DNA from: Rhizophagus irregularis
Taxonomy: Eukaryota
Assembly (NCBI RefSeq): GCF_026210795.1
Contig: NC_089429.1
Coordinates: 4,526,001 to 4,590,000 of the forward strand
DNA length: 64,000 bases
Reading direction: 5' to 3'
Each line of letters opens with the position of its first letter. Positions within the stretch are counted from its first letter, which is position 1. The translations under genes and the position numbers were made by a program. The notes below the pieces were generated by a model. The model was not told the origin of the DNA and ran no database searches. It saw nothing but the letters and a program-made list of their open reading frames with translations. Below are positions 35,697 to 49,918 of this stretch, in pieces.

Positions 35697-37224
35697 CCCT
35701 ATAAGAAATATGTATACGGAAAGGATACGTTTTGTATACATTTTATGTACGTTTTTATAGATTCCGTATACAAATTCCGTATATTTAATAAGCAATTCAT
35801 TTTTGAACATTTTTTAAAAAAACTAATGTATACGGAAAAAATTAATCATGCGGAATGTATACGGAATTTTTAAACTTAAGATAATTTTACCCATAATAAC
35901 ACGAGATCACATGATTGTTTATTGTTTTGTTATGATACGTTTTTTGTTTTTTATATAAACCCTTACTTTGATGAGTTTGATCTTCCGATCTTCCTTTCTG
36001 TCTTTCTTTTCCTTTCTCTTTCTCTTGTCTTATTTTTGTTATTTTTTCTAAATTTTTCTTCTTTCTTCGTCACCCCCTTTTAAAAATAATTTTTTTTTTC
36101 ATACCTCACTTTAAAAAAAATTTTTTTTCGTCACTCTCCTTTGAAAAAAAATTTTTTTTCGTCACTCCCTTAAAAAAAAATTTTTTCTTTTATTCCCACT
36201 CTTCTTTTTTTTTAAAAAAAATTTCTTCTTTCTATTTCTATTTCCTCTTTATAAAAAAATTTTTATTTTTCTAACTTTGACGTCCTCCCTTTAAAAAAAA
36301 ATTTTTTTTTAACTTTCCTAACTTCGTTATCCCTCTTTTTTAAAAAATATTTTTTTTGGTTTATTCTTTATTCCCCTTTCTTCTTTATTTATATTTAATT
36401 TCATAGGCCAGCAGATTTTTTTTGTGAGAATATTCAGTTTCTTTTTTTTTTGTAGATCAGTTTGGGAGTCCTTTTCTTTTTGTAGGATGATTCAGGATTT
36501 TTTTCTTTTTTTAAGTCAGTTCAAATTTTTTTGTTTTTTTGTATGTTGGGTTCAGATTCTTTTCTTTTTGTAGGTTGTTTCAGTTTTTTTGCTTTAGAGT
36601 CTTCTTTTTTTGTAGGTCAGTTTTGGATTTATTTTGTTGTTTTGGTTTCTTTTTCATCAGATGCTTCATAATTCTTTTCATTTATGTAGGTCAGACATTC
36701 TGGAGTTCTCTTTCTTTTTTTGTAGGAATGCTGACCTTTGGTGACTTGGACGATTGCAGATACTATATGAAGGGGGGTTTTGTTTCCAATTAAGTTAGAC
36801 GTTCTTATGTTTCTTTTTTTTGTTCTTTTAGGTTGTTTGATCCAAATGAACCTGAACTTATAGATAATTTAGGTTGCAATAGGTGGTTTTAATAAAGAGG
36901 GAATTTTCATAATGTATTTGTACTTTGTTTATTTTCTATTTTTTATTTAATTTAATAAAGTGAAATTAGATTTATGTAAATACAATTATAGTAAACTGTA
37001 ATACAAATAGTAAATTCAGTGACCAAATCGTATAAATTACGTGATAAAATCAGTGATCAAATCATGTAAATTCCATATAAATCCCGTGCAAATTCCGTAT
37101 CCAAACCATATTTTTGGTGATACGGAATTGTGCATTTTTCCGTATCCTATTATGATACGTTATTTCTAAGGAAAAAAAATCGTATAAAAACTTTATAAAA
37201 AACGTATCCAATTTTTTTATAGGG
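35697..37224. mobile_element. non-autonomous CACTA/EnSpm-like element (CCCTA termini)
   Basis: CCCTATAAGAAA...TTTTTATAGGG ends, ATT on both flanks (3-bp TSD), many TCCGTAT/ATACGGA subterminal repeats. Confidence 0.75.
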
Positions 37225-39631
37225 ATTACTTTCTTTGAAACACCCGCAGAATACTGGAGCTTGGACAGCTTGGACACAATTGTATCACACTATTGTTATT
37301 ACGAAGACAACGTTTGTCGCATTCTCGACTATATTAAAAAAGACCTAAAGTGACGTGTAATGATGGAAGACCATGATGCTCAGCAAGCAAAAGAACTTCT
37401 GGGTCCCGGCTGGACGGTACCCGGTATCCTTCTGAATTCCTGGAAAATGATCTCAAAGTTAGTAAAGCCTGTAAATGCACGTTTTTAACGTTGTTTAAGG
37501 AATTACTTATCTGTTAGTATATGTTCCGATTACTTGATGTAAAAGGTTGTTTTTCTTTTTGCATCAACAAGAATCTTTCAAGATTCTTCCTTTCTGAATA
37601 TGACTCTTTTTGCTATATCTAGACATGAATCAAATGAAGAAAAATCCATATCAGCCTCAAGATGAAAAAGATGCTATATCTAGTACTAGTATTTTGCAAA
37701 TAAATGGTTTGTGCTACACTTTCACTACGTTGCTGATACAATCACTTGAATTTAACTCGGCAGAACCGATGATTGAGAGATTAGAATTTGAAAGAACAGA
37801 ACTGATAGTAGACAATGTCGATCTGGAAGAGATTTTCGAAAAATACCGTAGTGAATGTGAAAATAATTTGAGTGAGTAAGTTAATACAAGATTTCTTCAA
37901 GGTACTGTACGTTGCAAAATCTGGAAAAAGGAATTACTTTTGGTTTTGCTGACTTTTATTATTCATTGGCCAAACTAGAAGAATGGATAGGAGCTGGGAA
38001 ATCGTTTGCAGTGAATCACGTGATTTCCGATTTACCGAAATAATAATAATATTGTATAAAGAATTAAGAATTAAAATTATATGTTGACTTTTTTTTTATC
38101 ATTGTTTCTTAGCCTAACTTAGTTTAGTTAATAGTTATAACCTATCAAAATTGCTTTCAAGTTTAAAATTATCAGTATTTCATTAATAGTACATGCATGA
38201 ATAGTAGGTTTTTATTAAAGTAATGTTTTATCTTCAAGTTTTATTTTTTCTTTTAAGATAGTTGTATGCTATCCTAGTTTGTATTGAAGAATAAGTAAAT
38301 TTTTAATTTGAATTTGTAGTAATAACAAGATTACAACTAAATATAAAATAAAAAAGAAATTTGAATAATTCAAATCGGTATAATTTGCTAATTATATTAA
38401 GCATTCTTCTCGGGTCTCGCTTCTAAATTCTTTCGATTTGTAATATATACTGAAAATAATGATCATCGGAAAAAAAATTTTCCATTACAGTTATTGTTAT
38501 TGCATGAAAAAGCAGAATCTGAAATTATTACATAATGTGTAACAAATCAAAAAGAATAATTGATAAAATGGGCGGTTTATTTGCTTTTTTTCCATACTGT
38601 GCCTTATTTTTTTAAAAAAAAAGAACAATCAATAATGCAGGAATTTTTTTTTGATGTCGATCTTAGTTTCAGCCTCATTAATACAGTAGAGGACACATAC
38701 CAACAAAATAATATGTTAACTATTTTTGATCTTTCAAATAAAAAGTTTCGTTCTAATGAACTTTTGCAGTATATTGCATAATGCATATGCATGTAATCTG
38801 CATTATAATCACCATCATGTAACAACCTTCATATATATATGGTTACTTCACCTAACAGTTACGTAAATCAAGAATGTAATATTTAATTTTTATTATTGTG
38901 ACTTCTGATTTGAGATTCTGTGTCACCGCAGCTATTGACTTTTTTAAAATTACATGTGATATAATTAAATATACCTGCTTCATAAGAAATGTCCATATTT
39001 TAACAATAAGAGTGAATCCGACTTTATTAACTAATATTTGAATGTAATAGAAAGTTATTTTAATAGGACTTTTAGTGATGTGTATGAAGAAGCGACAACC
39101 GCAAATTTAAAAAATTGTTTATTAAATTGATAATCAAAATAATTTTTATATGTAAAAAAAAAAAACTTTTTAACCATAAAAGTTCGAGCATGATTTATGC
39201 TGTCAAACGAAATCTATATTTAGAATAGTATCTGCTTTAAACCAAATATGTGGTAGATCAAATTAAACATACCATTTGATAAAAAGTTTCAATAATTCGC
39301 TAATTTTTTCTGAATGGATTGCCGTTTTTTTTAGGACAGGTTTTTAAATTTTAGAAATCTGTTGTTGTATTACATGAATTAATAAGTCTTTATTATAAAA
39401 ACGAGAAATGAATTCATTCGTGGCAATGTAAAAGATTCTTGTCCCAACGTTACAAATTGTATGGTTATACAAACTGGTGGCTACACAAGTTTTGAAATAA
39501 GGTTTTCTTTGTTTTTTTTTGTTTTTTTTTTTTGGTAAAATTAAATAAATAAATAAATAAATAAATTTCGAAAAAAAAATAAAATAAAATAAAATAAAAA
39601 AAATAAAAAAGACAAATTTATAATTAAAAGG

Positions 39632-42600
39632 ATGTCTTTACCTAATAATAAAATTATTAATAAATTAAATTATCGAAGAAGGAAGAATAAACGCAGTAGT
39701 TTTAGAAATAATCTGACCTTCTTAAGTCCCAGAGATGATCAAAGTGATATGTTATCATGTGCCAAAAATGATCCTCTTTCCAAAAAGGAACGTTATCAAA
39801 TCGAGATTTGTCAGGATGGTAAACTTGCTGTAACATTTGATACAGGTAAAAAATTCATTTGAAAATTTATAAATTGTGTAATGTTTGTTTATTATATTAT
39901 TAATGGAGTAACACAAAGCAGCCTTGAACTTTAGACCCCTCTCCTTTAATTAAAGTAACTCCTTTTTTCTTTTTTTTTTAAAAAAAAAGCAAACCTTCGG
40001 ATTAGAGTATTAGATAATACAGATCATCGTCAATTCGGATTATCTAAAAAAACGACTACTTCAGAACATAATACAAACAATCAGAACGATCAGGGTGAAG
40101 AAGAAATTACTAAAACAATCGCTTATTTCAAAATAAACGAAAATTTGGATATTGCCAAGTTCTATGACCAATATGATACTCTATGCACTAATCGAGAAAC
40201 TGGAATTGACGTTAATGATGATACGGACAAAAGATATAGATGGGGTTTAGATATATCAAATATACAAAATTATTATCAAGACAAATATTTTATCTTTATT
40301 GCTGTATCCCGCATAGATGTTAGTGAGGATATGAAAGGAAAAGTGAATACTGATACAAATTTTGATTATAAGAAAAACACTATAAAAAAAAGATATGAAA
40401 GAATTAATGAAGATTTTAGACTTGATCTGTCAGGAACATCATACTATAGTAAATCAAATGAAACTAAAAAAGGAACAGCAGTTTACCGTCTTAAGCTAAT
40501 AAAGGAAAATAACAACTTTATTCTTGATTTGTGTCCCGTAACTTATTATTATTCTGGTAGCGTTTCAGGAATATGTAAATTTATACAAAATTTTGATGAT
40601 CGCGATATCGATCAAAATAATTATACTTTAAAAAGATTTGTAGTATTGAACTTTAATGGAATATATAATTTTGAGTATGATTTTGATTATAGAAATCTTG
40701 ATTTAAATACAAGATTTGATTATCCAAAAAGTATTGAAAATGAATTACAACATTGGCATAAAGAAAATTTGGAAGATTGTATGGATAAGCTTCTTGCATG
40801 TCTTTATGATCAATATTTCTTGGTCGAACAATATAAGAATAATGTACAGGCGCTTGAAGGTAAAATATCATACATAATTAATATTATTTATTTTATTATA
40901 ACATATTTTGAATTTATATTAACAAAAAATTATAGTTTATGATCTGGCAGACATGAGCTTAAAAACTACTCCAAAAAGAGTCGAAAAAGATAAGCACGGT
41001 AGAAAGTTTAATCGCAATACTTTTTCAGTCAGTAAACTACAAATTTGTTTTACTCGAGGAATTAATTCTGTGAAGTAAGTTTGTTTTGAATTGTTCGATT
41101 TTGTCATTACTTATTCATTTATCATTTTTTTTATTCGAATCAAATTATCTATTAGATTGTACTTAATGGAGAATGGTCTGGAGGTCGTATCAAAAAAATT
41201 TGGTGAAATAGAAAAAATTCATTCGCTAGAATTCATTGATAGTGATGAAAAATTACTTATAATGGGTGAGAAAAAGAATCAGGTGAAGCTTGTGATCTGG
41301 GATATCTATAATACTGTAGAGGCCACACCGATAACATTAGAAAATTTTTCTATCGCAGATCTTGGCAATCGTTTGGCTAGAACTTCAGGAAATATTTTAC
41401 ACGTTGATGAAGTTGGAAAGGTTATATCAGTTCTTAAAAAAATCGAAAATAAATTAAATAAAAATACACCAAAAGATTCAAAAGGAATTTTTGAAAAATA
41501 TACACATTCAAAATTAGGTGAAACCCCGGATGGAAAAGCGGATGAAAAACATACGATACATTATGATAAAGGATTTGAACCGATAGTTATTGATAAAGAA
41601 CCTTGGGTGATGGATGAGTATGAAAGAAATTCTTATTGTCTTTATCAAAAGAAAGAAAATACAAGAATACAAACTTTACAACTTATAGTTGGCAGATCCA
41701 CGGTTCAAATTTGGCATCAAGTCCGTGATGATAGTAAGTCTAAAGGTGAACTTTCTAAACTTCCTAACAAAGGAGGTCCATTTCTTGAATATATATGGGC
41801 GAATGGTATTCCGATAAATCAAGAAAGGAAATCAACAAGATTAAGAATTGGAGAGTTCAAATATAAACCAAATGATGGATCAAGCCATATACCAGATGAT
41901 TTTTTTTTGAAAGTTTATTGGTATGAAAGAGCTTCAAATGTAAATTACAAAGGGAAAACAGAAGAAGAAATTAGAGAAATTGAGGAAGAAGAAATAAAAA
42001 AAATGGAACGTAATAGAAAAGAGAGAAGAAAGGATGAAATTATGGAAAAGGATGAGGATGAAATTATGGAGGATGAAATTATGGAGAAGAATGAAATTAT
42101 TATGGAAATGAAGGAAAAAGTAATTCAACGGAAAGATATTATTGAAAAAGTTGGTGCGGTAAGACGCGCTTGTAAAGCATTGGAACATCTTAATAAGCGC
42201 AGAAGTTTTCTCGTGACTAATTACATTAAAATACATCAAGTAGGTTGATTATATTCATTGTTTAAACTTTTTTTTAGGAAAAATGGAAGTTAATTAAAAT
42301 TTCTTTTTAATTAAAAGCATGAGGAAATGATAATGTATATTCAGCATATAGTCTGGAGGTTTGCTAAATTTAAACCTGAGGAATTTAAATTGTTAGACGT
42401 TCGACATAACGTCATGAAAAAATTAATTCTTGGTGATTGCAATCATTTAATAAAACTTATTTTATTTGGAGACAAAAGTAATAAGGATGATGAAAATGAA
42501 AATAAAGAGGAATTCGTAATCAGACATATACCAAGGAGTGTGTCGTGGCCAGGAAAAAATTTTATAAGTGATGATGACCTCCGATTTGATAATAATGGTC

Positions 42601-45113
42601 TAGGACTAGAAGATAATGATGAAAGGCCAAAAAATGATATGGAATTAGCAATTTATCGTTACAAAGGTAAATGAAACTTATGGCGTAGGTTTATAATTTA
42701 TATCATTGATTAATAATTTAATTTTACCTATAGGTCGTGAACTTAAAGATACTGTTGTTGTCGCTTATCTCTTGGAATATTATTCTAGTCATGCAACAGA
42801 TTATGCTGGTTGGATGAGTACTGTGTCTAAGGCATTACCATTATTATTTAAATATAACTACGGTTCGTTTTTATTTTTCATTCAACACTTCAATAGGATC
42901 TATGATATTTACAATTTTATTTTATAACACAGATGATTATGCCAGAAAGCTATTTCGTAAAGAATGTTTTGCGAATCAAGATTATTTTTCAGCACAAGAT
43001 CCTTATAATATTATTCCAATAGAATACCAAGCGAAACGTAACAATAACATTAAATTTAGGGCATTTAGAATAGACAAACTGCAGTCCGACGAGTATAAAT
43101 GGTATAATAGAATTGGAAAATTATTTGATCCTTTTAAAAAAACGTACAAATTTCTTGAAGATTTTGATAATTACCTTGAGAAGTCGCCTTTAGCTTTAAG
43201 AGTTGTTCCTCTTCCAGAATTTACCATGAACAGAATTCCTCAGAAAAATATAGAACACAATTATAGATTAAAAATTGTTTTAAATATTTTTTTGTTCTTA
43301 TTTATACCACGATGGTACCAAATTAGTCGAGATAAAAAGAAACTGTTAAGCCCTTTTTCTAGGGTGGTGCGATATGAGAATGATGATGATATGTATGACA
43401 ATCCAGCAACCGAAGCGGTTATTGATTTTCGTTGGCAACAAGCGAGAAATTTCTTTTTCTTCCTTTTTCTTCGATTTCTTGTTTTTGCCTTTTGTTTCAT
43501 AATTATTAGCTGGGAATATTTAAATCATGAAGTTATAAGTTGGAAATTTCGAAATTTTTTAGTTGCATTAATTTTCATATTTTATTATTTAGCAGCATAT
43601 TTATTCATTACTGAATTAATACAGTTGTATTTTCACGGACCTAGAAAATATTTTGGTGATATATTTAATAGTTTTGACATATGTTCCATTTTACTTCCCG
43701 TGATAGTAATGTCAATAATGCTTCGAGATTTTGAATTTTCTGATGGCTTTGCAAGTGTTAAATCAATTGATATGGGATTGATGGTGGGGACATCATTCTC
43801 TATTTTCTTCCTTTGGATCGAATTTGTAAGGTTTTGTTTTACAATTTTTTTTTTCTTTTAAATATAATATAATATTAACATGTGATTTTTAATAATTTAG
43901 GTTTTATATCTCCGCTTAATATCAAGTAAATATAAAATTCAACTTTATTTTAAAAAAGTTCATTATTATCAATTAATAATTCATTATTTTTTATTTTTAT
44001 TTTTAATCTATTAGAAATAGCCAAATATATTTATTATGTTATATATATCATCAAAAACATATTCCCATTTATTTTGTTTATGTTCATTGTAACAATTGGA
44101 TTTGCGCACACAATGTATAATCATTTCAATTTTTTTTTTTTGATATCATATTTATTTTAATTTAATTGATAACAATTTTTATTTATATCTAGGTTTATTT
44201 TACTTAAGGACCCTAATAATCCTAAAATTAATGTAAAATTGGATACATTAAGTGGAACTGCTACAAGTATAATAAATGATGATGAAACATTATTTAATAT
44301 TAAACTTGAATCTGATTATGATGTTAAAGATAAGAATGATAATCCATTTTCATCCTTTTCTACGGCAATAATGGCTGCATATTTTTGGTTGAATGGTGAT
44401 ATGGTTCAAAGAGATCATTTTGACTTTTGGGTTATTGATTTATTTACTTTAATTGCTAGTATTTTTATTGTAACTGTTTTGCAAAATATGTTGATTGCTT
44501 TCATGGGGTAAATTATTATTATTAGTATTATTAATTTATAAATACTATTTTATTTATTAATATTATTTATTTATTTTATTTTAGTGGAGTTTATGAAAGA
44601 GCAGAAACTAATGGAAGACAATCTTTATTAAGATTTAGAGCAAATCAAATAGCAGATTATGAAGCATTAGAACATTTTCATTTTTGGCCTAATGAACCTG
44701 AACCAAAATATATTTATTATATTGGACAATCTAAAAATTTTCAAGAATGGTATCAAAAAAGAAAAGATGATCAAGGTGAAATTTATAAAGATTTTGAGGA
44801 AAAATCTACAATTATTACTCAAACTTTTAAAGATGTTGATTTTGATGAAACTTCAATTTGGAAATTTGATGATGATAATAATAATTCATCTGATAATATT
44901 AAAGGTAAAAAGAAAGAAGTTTCTACCGATTCTACTGATTCTATTGACTCTATTATAGAATTATCAGAAATAATGGAAGAAAAAAATTCTCAAGAAAATT
45001 TTTTAAAAGAAGTTGATAAAAGAATTAATGAAATAAAAAAAATGAGTGATGATATTCATAATTTATTTAATGAAATATGTATAAAATTTAATAATATACC
45101 AAAAAACTTATGA
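39632..45113 (+). CDS. TRP-like cation channel, multi-exon (~11 exons)
   Basis: GT-AG exons join in frame where checked (39632-39845, 39990-40859, 40936-41074, 41156-42239, 25-nt exon 43901-43925, last exon 44585-45113); NPATEAVIDFRW, TM helices, pore FSTAIMAAYFWL, S6 VTVLQNMLIAFM, LRFRANQIADYE. Confidence 0.8.
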
Positions 45114-45550
45114 ACAGTATAGTATATTGTATAGTATTGACAATGTTGTAGCATATTTACTTTTTTGTAAAAAATTCTTATATTAGTAAGTTTGAATATT
45201 ATTTCATTTATTTGTATTCAAAACAAATTTTTTTTTGGTATTAAGGACGAGAGAGAGGGGGGGAAAAGGCGGGAAAAGGATGAAAGAGGAGAAAGGATGA
45301 AAAAGAGGAAAGGGAAAGGGAAAGGGAAATAAAATATCAATCAAAGTAATCCTTTGATACCTTCTGACTAGTGCAGCAAGAAGAGCTAGTGCTTCGATCC
45401 TTTTTTTTTTGATATTACGGTTCTTATCTGGATAAATATCCGATTAAAAGTTATCCAAAAAAATTTTTTCTTTAGATATTAGCGATACAAAATAAAAAAT
45501 TAGTCTTCATACCTGATATCTGAGATTAGATTATATGACCTGACCACGTT

Positions 45551-45954
45551 TAGAGGTTGGAACCAAAGGCTTAACCGGTTAATTAACCGGTTAATATGCA
45601 AAATATTTAAAATTTTTTTGCTGAAAATTGTACTGATTTTTGATTTTACTAATAAAGAAGATTATTTTTTCGTCAATACCATTATTAATAAGGGCGTTTT
45701 TAACGTACAGTGGGGTGTACGATATTAACGTACGAACTGGCCGGATTTTAGAAGTTATGCACTTGCACGTGATAGCAATAACGTTAACTCCGGCCAGTTC
45801 GTACAGGAAAAAATTCGGTATTAAAACTTCGAGTTTGGGAACACATGACTGAAATTACCAAGTCTCTGGGCCGCATTAAGTAAATCTGACCGGAATTATG
45901 GATTTATGGTCAAAATAGTTTTAACCGGTTAACTTTAACCGGTTCCAACCTCTA
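45551..45954. mobile_element. hAT-like MITE, 404 bp
   Basis: Perfect 14-bp TIR TAGAGGTTGGAACC; 8-bp TSD ACCACGTT/GCCACGTT; TTAACCGG subterminal repeats. Confidence 0.85.
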
Positions 45955-47269
45955 GCCACGTTCTTTTTTTTTTAAAAAAAAAAATTATTTTTATAACTGT
46001 TAAAACATTTTATTGTTAAAAATGTTTAATGCACATATATATTTGTAAATAAAATTGACAATTCAAAATAAAATTTAAATTCTTGTACGCTTTCCCTTAT
46101 CTTTACCACCCTGATCTCGATATCTCCACTTTAAACATTTTTTTGAAATGGTATTTTCGCCAACAACCATTGCAACATAGATGCTCATCTTTTACTGTTC
46201 TATTGATATCCAAGTCTCCACATTTAATATAAACATCTGACGAATACCAGCTGAATAATGTTATTTCAACTTGAAAACTTTGAAAAAAGCTCACGAATAT
46301 ATAGGATCATCCGTATTACTATTAGGCTCATCATCTTCATTTAAATCTTCGTTACACTCATCCTTCTCATCCTGATTATGTGCGTATCTTTTTCCAAAAT
46401 AATTAAAAGTGAAACATTGAGAATTTCCTTTTGACAAAAAGAACAATTTTTTATTTTATAATACATTTTTTTTTTTACAAAAAAAGAAAATGATAAATCA
46501 AAATAGGAAACGATTGATTATCGATTTAAAATTTTTTGAACTTTTTTATTACGAGAAAAAGGTTAAAAATGATAAGTGATTTCCTTTTCTAACAATAAAT
46601 ATTATCTGTTACAGTCATTTATACTAACAATGATTTAAAAATAAGTCTTTTTTAACTAATAATCATTCATATGTTACTAAAAAAAATAAAAATAAATTTC
46701 AATATTGTAAAAGTTTAAGTAATTATTAATCGTTATTTGTTTACTTGATTTCATGAAGGCGATAAATAACTGATTGTTTGATGTTTATTTTATTTATAAT
46801 TTAATTTACATAAATAAGGCGGAATTAATATTAAAAAAAGATAACAGCAAATAACAATTTTATATTAAAAAAAATCTCATGATCAACGATTATGAGAAAA
46901 TTGAACATGACATGTACAATCAAGAAGTATGCCACAAGCATTTCGGCATTTTACTCTATATGCCAATTTAATTACGTTGCAAGAAAAAAATGCATATATA
47001 CACCTTGTATTTAATACTTGAGAAAACTAAAAATCTTAATGATGTTTACAAATCGTTTAATTTGCTTACGAAAACTAGTACGGATTACTTTATAGTGACG
47101 AGCTTTCCCTTATACGTACTTGTCAATCATAAGGCGCAGCTAATAAGGAAAATATTTTTTCAAATATGCAGTACGACGTAATACAAATCGTACAAAAGCT
47201 TTAAAAAGCCTTAAAATAAGGTTTCCCCAACTAAATAGTTATATTTTTTTTAAAAAAAATTCTTAAAAA

Positions 47270-48673
47270 ATGACAAGAGGATTTTCATTAGAAAAAGATT
47301 TAAGATTATTAATAAATAATCCAAAATATAGTGATATAGAAATTTTATGTGACAATGAAAAGAAATTTTATGGTTCTAGAGCAATTTTAGCAGCAAGGTC
47401 CGAAGTATTTGATAGATTACTTTATAATGGGATGAAAGAAAGTTATGAAAATAAAATTTCTTTTCCAACGATCAATTCTTGTGGAATGGAAATTATATTA
47501 GAATACATTTATACGGGATCAATTAAAAATGAATCTTTAACAAAGGATAATATAATTGAAGCTTTTTATGCTGCCGACTATTTTCAATTACCAGATCTTC
47601 AGGATTTTATTGTGAAAAATTTTAAAAATACATTAAAAAAAAATAACAATGGAAATTATTCACCGGAACTACTGTCTAAATTTGCGGGGAAAATGCCATT
47701 AACAGAAGATAATATTCTTCTTAATTTATTAATCGAAGAAATAGCAACTATTTTATTAAATGATATTGAAATTGGTCGATTATCTATTACAGCTCTTCAA
47801 TATTTTTTATTTTGTACATACGAAAAAGAAATACCTTTTGCGACACCAGAATACGAAGTTTTTCGTTACAGTGCTATTCTTGCAGCAAAGCAAATTTCTG
47901 ATGATACATATAAAGCTCTAATGAAACAGTTGCCAACTTTAGAGCAAATAGATAACTTGATTCAAGTAGAAAATAAACTTATTGTAAATCATCAAAAAGT
48001 TGCTGAAGAATTGGAGCCTTTGATCGAATATATTGATTTTAGGCGAATAAAAAGAGGACAAATTGATTTCATTGAACCATTAAAAGTTATTCCAGCTGAA
48101 ATTATTCAACATAATTCGGAATTAATTGATTCAGATTTAAACAATATTCGAGGAATACCAATTTATAGATTTAAAGAATCTGAACTTTTTTGGGATAGGT
48201 TAGGAAGTGGATCAAAAGCTATTATTGAGAATAACGGAAAAGTTGTATATGCACCAAATGATCTTAATTCGTGGAGAATTGTTAGAGCTAAAATGTTATT
48301 AGAAAATAATGGTATTTATGAATGGGATATTATTATTGAAAAAACTTGTTTCTGGTCTTGGGTTGGAGTATGTGCATCAAAAAATTTTGATTATGAAAAT
48401 CCTGCAGGAAGGCAATCTTCTGGATGGGTATTAGGTACCAATGGTTATTGTCGTAATTATGATTATGAAACATACTACTGTCCGTCATTTCACGAAGATG
48501 GTGCAAGAATTACAGTTCATTTAGATATGAATAAAAGAACTTGTTCTTTTACAGTCAATGGTACAAAATATCCAAAAGTATCAGCATGGAATAATTTACC
48601 ATCAAAGCTCTATCCAATAGTATCAATAAAATACCCTGGTCAATATAGAATTCAGCCTCATCAAAAGAAATAA
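47270..48673 (+). CDS. BTB/POZ-BACK-SPRY protein, 467 aa
   Basis: Intact paralog. Confidence 0.9.
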   Translation: MTRGFSLEKDLRLLINNPKYSDIEILCDNEKKFYGSRAILAARSEVFDRLLYNGMKESYENKISFPTINSCGMEIILEYIYTGSIKNESLTKDNIIEAFYAADYFQLPDLQDFIVKNFKNTLKKNNNGNYSPELLSKFAGKMPLTEDNILLNLLIEEIATILLNDIEIGRLSITALQYFLFCTYEKEIPFATPEYEVFRYSAILAAKQISDDTYKALMKQLPTLEQIDNLIQVENKLIVNHQKVAEELEPLIEYIDFRRIKRGQIDFIEPLKVIPAEIIQHNSELIDSDLNNIRGIPIYRFKESELFWDRLGSGSKAIIENNGKVVYAPNDLNSWRIVRAKMLLENNGIYEWDIIIEKTCFWSWVGVCASKNFDYENPAGRQSSGWVLGTNGYCRNYDYETYYCPSFHEDGARITVHLDMNKRTCSFTVNGTKYPKVSAWNNLPSKLYPIVSIKYPGQYRIQPHQKK

Positions 48674-49227
48674 TTAATCGTAAAATTATAAAATAAAAAT
48701 ATCTATTTTAACTGAAAATGAGAACTCGGAAAGTTAATTCGAAAAAATAATGGTTAATATACTCAAGTATAAAAGATGTTATAATTTATTAAAGTTATTT
48801 ATGTTAAAACTGCTTAAAGCTTGCATAACTCTATCAAGCTTACCTGAGCATTATAAATATGATGTTGAACTATATATCAGATTAGTGTTTCTGTACTAAC
48901 AAAATATTTTGAATATGCTAAATCGGAATTAATAGCAGCTTGGTTAAATAAATCTTTCATAAAATTTTGAGCCACGCTGATCAAAATATTTTTTTATTCA
49001 TCTATTATTTAATGAAAAGATTTTTGTTAAATGACTAGCCATTTTTGGTTCGATTACATATACTACTAATTAAGTAAATTACGTACTGTAAAAAAGAAAT
49101 ACTTAAATAACATCCATATATTTTTTATAGTTATTAACCATTAGTTAATTTGTCTAATTGCTAAAATTGAAATAGAATCACAAATAAACTACAAGTTCCT
49201 TCTTTCCTGCTAAAGAAATTTAAAATA

Positions 49228-49332
49228 ATGAAGTGAAATTCATTAGAAAATGATTTAAGGTTATTAACAAAATTGAAAATAAAAAGAAATATAAGGTTGT
49301 AGAATGACTTTAGCTGCAAGGTTCGAAGTACT
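49228..49332 (+). pseudogene. 5' fragment of a BTB-SPRY gene truncated at a CCCTATAAAAAA element end
   Basis: ttcattagaaaatgatttaagg...ttagctgcaaggttcgaagta, then CCCTATAA at 49333. Confidence 0.55.
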
Positions 49333-49918
49333 CCCTATAAAAAAATTCTGGAAAAACTCCGATAAATTTACAGGATAAGCATCCAATGCCAACGTTAACT
49401 CTAAATGTAACCTTTCAACCTAATCTAACCTTAATAATCCTTACTCTAATCCCATTCCAACCCTAAGCAACTCAGGGTTAACTCCAAAAATAAATATTTC
49501 AGTATCGTCTACATAGATTTTTAAAACAATTAATTAAAATAAATTTACAGAAACTAATTATTATTTTATTAAAATAAAGTGTAAGGCTACACAAATTTGA
49601 CTTTTTAGTTCACGTCACCTGATAGAGTCAGTTTTTATAAAACTTCGAAAAAATTTTTTGTATATTCATATTAACGTCGTCAATTCGTTTTCAAAGTCGT
49701 ATAATTTTGGTGTTGCCACAACTGCGCCGTATATAACAAAATCACATGCTAAATCACAAACGATTGCCGATTATAAGCACAGTTAAAATGAAATATTGAT
49801 TTGGCAATATGTAGTACAGTACAACATAGTACAGATTTTAAATTTATATATAAATAAGGTTTCTCAAAAAGCCCTTAATTTAAATTTATTTTTTTTAAAA
49901 AAAAAAATTTTCCAAGAA

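Noticed and set aside
36390..36850. Repeated TTTTGTAG-GTCAG motifs as a second micro-exon array; ORF 36539-36793
   Set aside because: Lies inside the CACTA-like element; irregular 30-60-bp spacing with no consistent donor or branch point; the ORF is a T-rich artefact.
37610..37879. 89-aa ORF as a gene
   Set aside because: Protein-like acidic tail, but a non-ATG start and no supportable exon structure; at most a gene fragment.
45245..45330. Purine-rich tract
   Set aside because: Simple low-complexity sequence.
46080..46420. Cys-containing minus-strand ORF (HLCCNGCWRKY)
   Set aside because: Frames are broken and I recognise no family.
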